DNA of 64,000 nucleotides from IMG/VR virus record IMGVR_UViG_3300045988_149609, one strand, 5' to 3'. The translations under genes and the position numbers were made by a program. The notes under the pieces were generated by a model. It was not told the DNA's origin. It made no database searches and saw only the letters and a program-made list of their open reading frames with translations. Origin of the DNA: a virus. Position 1 is the stretch's first letter; each line of letters begins with the position of its first letter. Positions 30,752-38,203 of the stretch are shown piece by piece.

Positions 30752-31138
30752 TTATTTTAATATCTTTATTTTTACTTTATTTTTTCTTATTTTTTTAGCA
30801 TTTTTAGGATGAACAAGTATATCTATTTTACGCTTCCATCTTTTATGCATTTTATCTTTAACATGATAAATTCCAAATCCTTCAATATATATCCTTTTAT
30901 TAGTACATTTTGCAGGAAACATATTCCATATATCCCTACTAACAGCACACCATTTAATACGATCTTTTTTCAAATGATGAATATTTATTTTACTACCATC
31001 TGCAGTTAAACTATTATTTGTAGCATGATAATATGTAAGATCTACATTTAATGTTTGTGCTTGTGCTATACAAATAAAGGACAAAAAGAAGAGGAACAGG
31101 AGGGTCACTCGGTAATGATTACTTATATTTCTAGCCAT
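30752..31138 (-). CDS. secreted 3D-domain protein (MltA/YuiC-like cell-wall binding or lytic domain)
   Basis: Signal peptide then TYYHATNNSLTADGSKI...WCAVSRDI...GFGIYHVKDKM...RKIDILV pattern matching the three-Asp 3D domain. Confidence 0.55.
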   Translation of the reverse strand: MARNISNHYRVTLLFLFFLSFICIAQAQTLNVDLTYYHATNNSLTADGSKINIHHLKKDRIKWCAVSRDIWNMFPAKCTNKRIYIEGFGIYHVKDKMHKRWKRKIDILVHPKNAKKIRKNKVKIKILK

Positions 31139-31416
31139 AAAAAGTTATTATATTTTTTGATTAATTTATTCATTTGTTTACTAAATATTCCTGTATAATA
31201 ATATTCAATATGTGCATTACTTTTTGTAATAATAAAGAAGAATAAACATATTCCTACACAAATATTAAGATATGGAAATAAAAAGAAAGCAAAGAAATAA
31301 ATAATATTATAGATATGTACATTAAATACTTTTGTGTTATCTTTTAAATATAAATGTTCTGCAATATATAAATTAATTAATAGTAGAACTAAAGCAATAG
31401 GATAAGTGTAAAGCAT
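31123..31416 (-). CDS. small integral membrane protein
   Basis: 97-aa ORF, three hydrophobic segments. Confidence 0.4.
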   Translation of the reverse strand: MLYTYPIALVLLLINLYIAEHLYLKDNTKVFNVHIYNIIYFFAFFLFPYLNICVGICLFFFIITKSNAHIEYYYTGIFSKQMNKLIKKYNNFLWLEI

Positions 31417-31671
31417 AATATATTGTTTTATTAGTTATTTTATCAAATGAAATATAAATTATTATAGCTATTTTTAAATAAATGAACAATATCGTTCAAT
31501 TATCTAAAAATAACTATAATAACCCCAATTAATACAACAATTTAATCTTCTTGTGTGTCTTTCTTTATAGTATTATTTTTATTCTTTTTATTAGATTTTT
31601 TCTTAAATTTTTGATAAACAGGCATTATAATATTATCATACAAACTTAAATCATTAATATCCATTTTCATA

Positions 31672-32166
31672 TTATTCTGATATTTGTGAATTTTTATTTG
31701 ATACGTTTAATACTTTAGTAGATAGAGCTAAAAAACTATTTACATTTAAATGTGATATATTTGGTCTAATATTATTGTAATATTTTAATATAACTGTTTT
31801 TTTATTACGATTTAATACTTTTGCTACATATTCTAGTGCTTTTGTTATATTTGTAGGATAAGTATTTAATGTACAACATAGAAATTCTATTTCTTTCTCT
31901 GTCCAATCAGTTATATTTCTTGTATGTTTACTGTTATAATAGCTTATATCATCTAGCATTTGAGATAGATTATTAATATCTTCATTACATATTTTAGTTG
32001 ATAGAAGATTTAATATAGCTGTTTTTCTTAGTTGTTTAGGACACTTTTCTTTTACTGATTCAGTATAATATTTATTGTAAAGACCTATTAAAACAATATC
32101 TCTTATTGATAAAGAACTATTATTTAATATATCATTTATTTTTATTTGTATTTTGTTGACTTTCAT
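31672..32166 (-). CDS. hypothetical protein
   Basis: ORF track, 164 aa. Confidence 0.45.
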   Translation of the reverse strand: MKVNKIQIKINDILNNSSLSIRDIVLIGLYNKYYTESVKEKCPKQLRKTAILNLLSTKICNEDINNLSQMLDDISYYNSKHTRNITDWTEKEIEFLCCTLNTYPTNITKALEYVAKVLNRNKKTVILKYYNNIRPNISHLNVNSFLALSTKVLNVSNKNSQISE

Positions 32167-32181
32167 TTTTATGTGTTGTTA

Positions 32182-32424
32182 TTAGTTGTTTTTAATAAGT
32201 TTATAAATCTCTGCATTGTGTTTTTTAATTGTAAAGAAATAGCAATGACCTTTTCTTAAATGATACAATGCCATATTCAAACAATTTAAATAATTTCTTG
32301 TAGAGATAAGATACCATGTAGAACCATCAAGTTTATAAAACATAATTTTATATTTATGTTTTATAAAAAGAGGTTTATATAAATAGGTATTTATTAGATT
32401 ATTGATTTTTTCTTTTAGTTTCAT
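32182..32424 (-). CDS. hypothetical protein
   Basis: ORF track, 80 aa. Confidence 0.4.
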   Translation of the reverse strand: MKLKEKINNLINTYLYKPLFIKHKYKIMFYKLDGSTWYLISTRNYLNCLNMALYHLRKGHCYFFTIKKHNAEIYKLIKNN

Positions 32425-32650
32425 TTTTATTTATAATATAAAAAATATGCCTATTCTCACGAACCAGCATATCTTCATTAACTATAAATGTTAGCATCAA
32501 AATGTTATTTTCTTTTTCTTTATTTTACCACATTTCTTACATTGTAGAATATATGCTACACCTGCTATGTAATTTTTATAATCAGGATCTTCTAATTTAT
32601 ATTCTTTAATTGTTTCGTATTGATGGTTACAAAACAACATTGTAAAAAAC

Positions 32651-32974
32651 TTAATCATAATATTCTAAAGTAATATCTCCACAACTCATCAATTCTTCCT
32701 CCATTTCTTTAGCATAATCAAGATAAGAACCAATGAAATTAAAAACTTCTGAAAACTCTTCAATATCACCATCAAATTTATAAGGTGTTATTGATTCTAT
32801 GAAAGCTACTGTGTTTTTCATTTTATCAGTAACTTTCTTTTTATATGTTCTTGTTTTACTAATTATCCAATCAGGACGATTAGCAAGCATTTTGAAACCA
32901 AAAGCTTCATTATATGTTGTGAACTTTGAAATGAAGTTACCTTCTGTATCTAGTACTCTGTATAATTTATCCAT
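32651..32974 (-). CDS. hypothetical protein
   Basis: ORF track, 107 aa. Confidence 0.45.
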   Translation of the reverse strand: MDKLYRVLDTEGNFISKFTTYNEAFGFKMLANRPDWIISKTRTYKKKVTDKMKNTVAFIESITPYKFDGDIEEFSEVFNFIGSYLDYAKEMEEELMSCGDITLEYYD

Positions 32975-33017
32975 TGTTGTGTTTATTTTTTAGTTATTGA
33001 ATATATAATTTTAAGTG

Positions 33018-33500
33018 TTATTTATAAATAGTATCAAGAATCCCTCTAAAGTTAGGATTATCTCTTACTGCTTTAGCATCTTCTACTCTATTAAAAGCAG
33101 CTTCTATACCAAAGCTATAACATGGAGAAATTGAATTAACTGTATAATTTTGTGTTCTTTTATCATATAAAATTACATATGGTCTATCAATCATAGTATG
33201 TAATCTATTATAATATTCCACAATATTAAGAAGTTGGTTTAATGCTAACAATCTTTCAAGTTGTTTTCTATTTGTAGCATCGTTTTTAGTATCCATGACA
33301 CTACAAACACATAGATAGTTATCTATTCTTCCAAAATTTGTTATATAGAAACTATTTTTATTTTTGAAAAGGTATTCATATATATCTTTATATGTAATAT
33401 TTTTCTTTATAGGTTTGAACTTGACACACTCAAATGTCGAGTTTTCTTTATCAATTTCATAACCTTCTGGTATTTGTATCTTGAATTCTTTTGTTTCCAT
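33018..33500 (-). CDS. hypothetical protein
   Basis: ORF track, 160 aa. Confidence 0.45.
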   Translation of the reverse strand: METKEFKIQIPEGYEIDKENSTFECVKFKPIKKNITYKDIYEYLFKNKNSFYITNFGRIDNYLCVCSVMDTKNDATNRKQLERLLALNQLLNIVEYYNRLHTMIDRPYVILYDKRTQNYTVNSISPCYSFGIEAAFNRVEDAKAVRDNPNFRGILDTIYK

Positions 33501-33506
33501 GTTATT

Positions 33507-33881
33507 TTATTCTTTAATGCCAAATGGTGTTCCATCAGCAAATTTTAAATTAAAAACATTAATAAAATTTAAATAACGATTAGCTATACCATCATAAATG
33601 AAAATTCCAGTTTTTTGAATATTTATGATATTACAAATAGTTGAGGTGTCCTTTATCCACCCTAAAGGTTTATGTTTTTGCATTTCTTCCCAACATTCTT
33701 TTATATTAGCAAATGGCCTATATTTTGGTTCAGGCTTAATGCGATACTCATGTAATAAATCAAATTTTGGAGTAGTTGTTTCTATCCATTTGCTAATGGA
33801 ATTAGTTCTAAACTCTATTGTTTTACCTTCTGCAAATGCTTGTATGATAGGTAATAATTCTTTTGCTTCTTGTCTGTTCAT
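33507..33881 (-). CDS. hypothetical protein
   Basis: ORF track, 124 aa. Confidence 0.45.
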   Translation of the reverse strand: MNRQEAKELLPIIQAFAEGKTIEFRTNSISKWIETTTPKFDLLHEYRIKPEPKYRPFANIKECWEEMQKHKPLGWIKDTSTICNIINIQKTGIFIYDGIANRYLNFINVFNLKFADGTPFGIKE

Positions 33882-33884
33882 AAT

Positions 33885-34181
33885 TTATTCTATGTAATTA
33901 TCATAAATGATTATAGTAGAATCTGCAATAGATTCAATTTCTTCTGGTATATATAAATCTGAACTTGAACCTATAATAATAGATGATCCTACTAATTTTT
34001 GTAATTCTACTAATGAAAATATATTATTAATAGTAACTATAGTATACTCTACTTCTTTATTATATTCATTTATTTTGATAGTTTCTAACTTATACTTATC
34101 TTTTAATTTATCAATATACTTAGGAAAGATTTTATTTGCTCCATAAGTGTATTGACCAGTATCAACAATAACAAATTTCAT
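33885..34181 (-). CDS. hypothetical protein
   Basis: ORF track, 98 aa. Confidence 0.45.
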   Translation of the reverse strand: MKFVIVDTGQYTYGANKIFPKYIDKLKDKYKLETIKINEYNKEVEYTIVTINNIFSLVELQKLVGSSIIIGSSSDLYIPEEIESIADSTIIIYDNYIE

Positions 34182-34223
34182 AATATTCTAGTAATTATTA
34201 TAATATAAATGTATTAAAATGTA

Positions 34224-34253
34224 AAAGCAGAGAGCAATCTCGCTCCCTGCTTT
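34224..34253 (-). terminator. GC-rich hairpin closing the GC-elevated island (possibly bidirectional)
   Basis: AAAGCAGAGAGC-aatctc-GCTCCCTGCTTT, a 12-bp stem with one mismatch; T-rich on both flanks. Confidence 0.5.
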
Positions 34254-34579
34254 AATGTGTTTTTAATAGTAGATTTTAGCTATTGTTTCAATACCTTTGA
34301 GAACTAATGCATCTGTAGCTTCCTCAAATTCTGGATCTATTTGTTCATGTGTTATTTTAGCACAAAGTTTTTCAAAAGTATTGAAATGATAAATTTGTAA
34401 CACTTCATAATCTTTGAAAATAAAAATTGTATAATCTGACATAATTTAATTTGTTTTTTGAGTTTCTTTTAATAATGTTAATAGATTAGCTTTAAATTTA
34501 TCATCTTTTGTATCATAACAAGCTACAAAACGGTTAGTTGTGAATACCCACCAACCTGATCTAATATTTAATGGATTCA

Positions 34580-34810
34580 TTAGTAAGTGTAGATTTTGAA
34601 CCCTTCATACATGGAGAGTTCGGATTCTTGAATGTTAACTATCTTGCCAAAGACTTTAGTATAATATCTCTTTTTGACAATAATCGTCTTAGAGATTTCT
34701 ACTATTGTTTGGCTTTGATGGTTTCGTGCTAAATCATTATGATGAGCACGAATAGAGGATTCATAGCCCTCTGAGCTACAAATCCTCTGTGAGTTAAAAC
34801 GCTTTCTCAT
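34580..34810 (-). CDS. hypothetical protein (GC-elevated island)
   Basis: ORF track, 76 aa; lies in GC-elevated segment. Confidence 0.4.
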   Translation of the reverse strand: MRKRFNSQRICSSEGYESSIRAHHNDLARNHQSQTIVEISKTIIVKKRYYTKVFGKIVNIQESELSMYEGFKIYTY

Positions 34811-34813
34811 GGT

Positions 34814-35053
34814 TTACCAAGACTCAATTTTAATAATTACATCTAAATCATATTGAACCCATGCTTGATCTGAGTAAATAATGAGATCTTTATTTTCTAA
34901 TGAAAACTCAAAAGGGTATTCAAAAAAGTCATTATTTTCTAGCTCGGTAAAAATTTTAATATCGTGATGTAATTTTTGAGCCGATGTCATGGCTTGATAT
35001 ATATTATCTGCTGTCATTTTGTTTTGTTTTAGTCTATAAAGATTGTAGTACAA
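34814..35053 (-). CDS. hypothetical protein (GC-elevated island)
   Basis: ORF track, 79 aa. Confidence 0.4.
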   Translation of the reverse strand: MYYNLYRLKQNKMTADNIYQAMTSAQKLHHDIKIFTELENNDFFEYPFEFSLENKDLIIYSDQAWVQYDLDVIIKIESW

Positions 35054-35316
35054 GATTTGCCTTGATATTCTTCATATACATAATCACTCTCCTCTTCAAG
35101 GAGTTTCTCCATATGGAAAACATCTGACATATCATCTGTTTTACCATCTACATTACAGATAAACTCTGCAATTTCATGGAGAGTGAGCTTACCATAAAAA
35201 GTAAACTCTGTATAGAAAGTTTTATTGTGCATACATGCAAGTTTTGCTATTCTGCATACATCTAGTAGCCAAATGGCATAGTCAAAGTTTTTATTTTTCG
35301 TTACCATCTTCTTCAT
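35029..35316 (-). CDS. hypothetical protein (GC-elevated island)
   Basis: ORF track, 95 aa. Confidence 0.4.
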   Translation of the reverse strand: MKKMVTKNKNFDYAIWLLDVCRIAKLACMHNKTFYTEFTFYGKLTLHEIAEFICNVDGKTDDMSDVFHMEKLLEEESDYVYEEYQGKSCTTIFID

Positions 35317-35491
35317 CTAATTTAATGAATAAAACACCAGCAGCTAAGAATGCTGCAATAAAAATTATCATGTAGGTACCTGCAACATAGCAATCTCTTG
35401 CTATTATTGACGCGATACCTGAAACTGCTACTATGAGCAGTAAAAATATGATTAATATGTATGGTAGATAGAATTTCATTGTTGTTAGCAA
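35291..35491 (-). CDS. small two-helix membrane protein (GC-elevated island)
   Basis: 66-aa ORF with two hydrophobic helices and acidic C-terminus. Confidence 0.4.
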   Translation of the reverse strand: MLTTMKFYLPYILIIFLLLIVAVSGIASIIARDCYVAGTYMIIFIAAFLAAGVLFIKLDEEDGNEK

Positions 35492-35561
35492 TTTAAATAT
35501 TAAAAAAAATGCATCCTTTATTCTGTTGCCAAGAAAAGGATGTGAAAACTCCGAAACTTAT

Positions 35562-35933
35562 TCAATTTAAACCATATTTAGCACGTATGAGATCTTCTTT
35601 ATAGATCTCTGGATAGTATGTACGTAGAACATAGTCTATGTACAACTTTGTGTTATACGGTAATAATTGAAGTATTTCTTCTTTGTTATCCCAAACATAG
35701 CCACTATTGACCATGTTTGTTATAACGTTCTCCAAATGCTTCATGGTGTTTCCACCAAGCACTTGGAGAATGTCTAATGCTAAAGAAGCATTAGGTGTAA
35801 CAACATTGGACAATGCTTTATAAGCATCGTCAAAATTTGTATATGTTACATTCTCAATGAAATAATAAGTTGTCATGATAAACAAATGTTTTAGTTGTTT
35901 GGCAATATCACCATTATCCTCTGTATTTCTCAT
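35562..35933 (-). CDS. hypothetical protein (GC-elevated island)
   Basis: ORF track, 123 aa; chosen over antisense ORF 35875..36249. Confidence 0.45.
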   Translation of the reverse strand: MRNTEDNGDIAKQLKHLFIMTTYYFIENVTYTNFDDAYKALSNVVTPNASLALDILQVLGGNTMKHLENVITNMVNSGYVWDNKEEILQLLPYNTKLYIDYVLRTYYPEIYKEDLIRAKYGLN

Positions 35934-36032
35934 GCGGGCTTGGAACCGCCAAAGGCTACATTATAATGGAGTAGTAATATCTCTTGACATATCTCTTTCA
36001 AGATATGAAAGAAATAAGTCAAGAGATGGTAA

Positions 36033-36230
36033 TCATTTAATAATGAGTTTTGCATTCAATGAATCCATATCTATTCCATGGATTTCACCATATTTATCAG
36101 CTAAATCTCTAAGTGTCTCTACAGCTTCAAAATACTTACGTTTTTCTTCTGGTGTTGCAAGATTTGTGTTTAACAATTTATTTGCATATTTAGTATATAC
36201 TAATGCGCGCATACCTGTTATGTTTCTCAT
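36033..36230 (-). CDS. hypothetical protein (GC-elevated island)
   Basis: ORF track, 65 aa; begins MRNIT like the next gene (MRNTE). Confidence 0.4.
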   Translation of the reverse strand: MRNITGMRALVYTKYANKLLNTNLATPEEKRKYFEAVETLRDLADKYGEIHGIDMDSLNAKLIIK

Positions 36231-36342
36231 TTTTTTTTATTTTTTATAAGTTGTTATTAAAGTTCTCACTCTGAGTTCTAACCTCAGTACAATAGTTTTA
36301 TTTAAGTGAGAATGGGACTTTTTGCTAGTTGTTTAAAAGCCC

Positions 36343-36376
36343 CCAAAAAAAACCAACCAGCACTGTTGTGTGCTGG
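36343..36376 (-). terminator. intrinsic terminator of first minus-arm gene
   Basis: CCAGCAC-tgttgt-GTGCTGG perfect stem 13 nt after stop of 36389..36718, followed on minus strand by an 8-T run (A8 at 36345-36352 on plus). Confidence 0.7.
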
Positions 36377-36388
36377 CTGGTGTGGTGC

Positions 36389-36718
36389 TTACAGTTCGAT
36401 AGTAAGCACAGAAGTGCCTTTCGTACCTGTAACTTCGCCATTGCCTATGCAAAGAAGTGGCACCCAAGATGCGCCATTATCCTGCGAACATTCGCAGAAA
36501 TAGACTGCATCTTTTTTGCCATCTTGCAAGGCTGCTACTGCATCTTCTGTGCAATAGCAATGACTGACGATGTTTTCGTGATTGTCAAGGTCTTGCTTAT
36601 TAGCATAAAAGTAAGCACAGTGCTTGTTGTTGTCATTCTCACGAACATTGCACCATTTGATGCCCTGTTCACGAAGAGAAAGAAAACTCATGCTGTTGCG
36701 GAATTTAGCTGTTGCCAT
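36389..36718 (-). CDS. Cys-rich hypothetical protein, first gene of minus arm
   Basis: 109-aa ORF in roughly 50% GC DNA, 8 Cys (CAYFY, CYC, CEC, LLC); followed by a canonical intrinsic terminator; preferred over two overlapping plus-strand ORFs with junk-like hydrophobic translations. Confidence 0.5.
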   Translation of the reverse strand: MATAKFRNSMSFLSLREQGIKWCNVRENDNNKHCAYFYANKQDLDNHENIVSHCYCTEDAVAALQDGKKDAVYFCECSQDNGASWVPLLCIGNGEVTGTKGTSVLTIEL

Positions 36719-37008
36719 TTTTGTATTGTATTAAGAAGGAAGCCCCCTAATTGATTGTCAGCCAGTTGAGCGGGGGCATTAACCCAAACGGCCGAAGGCT
36801 GGGGGAGGTATTGGGTGGCTATCCCTCGCTCTCTTTAATATAACAATCTTCAAAAATTTTAGAAAAAAAATTATTTTTTACTTCTGTTTTAATAGAGTAA
36901 AATTATAATTTAAATACCATTCTAAAAGATAAGAAGAAAAGAAGTAGGGAAGTCATTGATTATCAGATAGTTATAACATTTTAATGTTGTGTATTACATA
37001 ACTAATTG

Positions 37009-37110
37009 TTGTCATATACTCAACTAATTATGGAGAAATACTCAACTTATACTAACTATTTTTGTCATGTTTATATCATTAATGTAATTATAACTTACAA
37101 TGTTTGTCAC
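37009..37110. repeat. iteron-like short repeats in the arm-switch intergenic region
   Basis: TTGTCA(T/C) at 37009, 37062 and 37104; ATACTCAACT twice (37016 and 37039); AACTAATT thrice. Confidence 0.4.
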
Positions 37111-37118
37111 TTTATTTA

Positions 37119-37126
37119 TATCTTTG
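37119..37126 (+). promoter_or_regulatory. Bacteroidota -7 promoter element TATCTTTG
   Basis: TAnnTTTG 26 nt upstream of ATG 37152. Confidence 0.35.
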
Positions 37127-37151
37127 CAATAAATTAAAATATAATGTATAT

Positions 37152-37586
37152 ATGTATCAAACTAAAGTCAATAAAGACTATTCTTTAATTCATAATGAAA
37201 CAGGAGAAATTATTGAATTTAAACAAACTAAAAAAGTAAAGCAAGAAGAGTTTATGCTTTTATTTTTAGCTGCTACTGAATTGCTTAATCAATTAGATGG
37301 AACTTCAATTAAAATTCTTATTTTTTGTTGGAAATATTCAACATTTAATAACAATGTAGAAAAGGAAGGAAACTTAGTTTATAATAATGTTTACTTTAAA
37401 GAAAAGCTTAGAGAAAGTGGATTAACTTATTCAGATAATACAATTAATATTTATATAGGTAGATTGTGTAAAAAAGAATTACTTATTAAAAAAGGTAGAG
37501 GCGTTTATATGTTAAATCCTAAATACTTCTTTAAAGGTACTTTGACGGATAGAAGTAAATTAAGAATGACTTTAGAAACAGAATAA
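37152..37586 (+). CDS. putative DNA-binding (winged-helix-like) protein, first gene of plus arm
   Basis: ORF track frame 37104..37586 begins with TTG; first ATG is 37152 (MYQTKVNKD...). C-terminal RGVYMLNPKYFF resembles wHTH regulators/initiators. The -7 motif TATCTTTG lies 26 nt upstream. Confidence 0.45.
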   Translation: MYQTKVNKDYSLIHNETGEIIEFKQTKKVKQEEFMLLFLAATELLNQLDGTSIKILIFCWKYSTFNNNVEKEGNLVYNNVYFKEKLRESGLTYSDNTINIYIGRLCKKELLIKKGRGVYMLNPKYFFKGTLTDRSKLRMTLETE

Positions 37587-37614
37587 TGTTATTTTATTTG
37601 TTTAAAATATTGTT

Positions 37615-37622
37615 TAATTTTG
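37615..37622 (+). promoter_or_regulatory. Bacteroidota -7 promoter element TAATTTTG
   Basis: TAnnTTTG 20 nt upstream of ATG 37643. Confidence 0.35.
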
Positions 37623-37642
37623 CAACTTAAAATATATAATAT

Positions 37643-38203
37643 ATGATAGGAACGCATGATAGTTTTACTTATTTAAAAGCAAAACATAAAATATATGAAT
37701 TGTTTTCATTTTTATGGAGAACACAAACTAAATCTCTAGAAGAACAAATAGAAAATGGAGTTACCTACTTTGATATAAGAGTACATAGAACTAAAGATAA
37801 TCAATGGGAATTGTGTCATGGATTAGTAAACTTTGATAAATCCTACCAATCTTTAGCTACTCTACTCAAAGAATTAGCTAGGTTTAATATTAGATTAATT
37901 TTAGAAAAAGGTACAAAACAAGATGAAATAGAGTTTGAAAAATTGATTTATGTACTTAAATACAGATATAATAATTTAGTTTTTTCAGCTATTAAAAAGA
38001 ATTGGAAAGTATTACATAATACACATTTAGCTATTATGGATTATACTTATATTCCTTTTTATTCAGATCTTTCATTTTGGCAAAATATTAAAAGGATGAA
38101 TTGGTTTAGTACTATTAAAAAATGGGCTAAAAAACATAATCCTGTTATTACACAAGATATGAAAAATGATATTAATGTTGTTTATTTTATAGATAGATTA
38201 TAA
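37643..38203 (+). CDS. PI-PLC X-domain-like phosphodiesterase
   Basis: MIGTHDSFTY (PI-PLC IPGTHDSGT), NGVTYFDIRV (ARIFDIRGR), QWELCHGLV (VLHHGP) in the correct order. Confidence 0.6.
   Translation: MIGTHDSFTYLKAKHKIYELFSFLWRTQTKSLEEQIENGVTYFDIRVHRTKDNQWELCHGLVNFDKSYQSLATLLKELARFNIRLILEKGTKQDEIEFEKLIYVLKYRYNNLVFSAIKKNWKVLHNTHLAIMDYTYIPFYSDLSFWQNIKRMNWFSTIKKWAKKHNPVITQDMKNDINVVYFIDRL

Noticed and set aside
11773-33897. Antisense ORFs 11773..11955, 19106..19288, 24666..24935, 24969..25364, 26775..26990, 26971..27165, 27744..27986, 28672..28887, 30809..31009, 32799..32993, 33625..33897, 33907..34146
   Set aside because: Each lies entirely inside a motif-supported minus-strand gene; their hydrophobic, repetitive translations look like AT-rich antisense artefacts.
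35875-36754. Plus-strand ORFs 35875..36249, 36306..36503, 36329..36754 in the GC-elevated island
   Set aside because: They overlap minus-strand ORFs that have sensible hydrophilic translations and a matching terminator; the plus-strand translations are Cys/Phe/Leu-rich junk and no promoter or terminator supports plus-strand transcription here.
37104-37151. TTG start at 37104 for the first plus-arm gene
   Set aside because: The track frame begins with TTG and overlaps the TAnnTTTG promoter element; the first ATG in frame is 37152.
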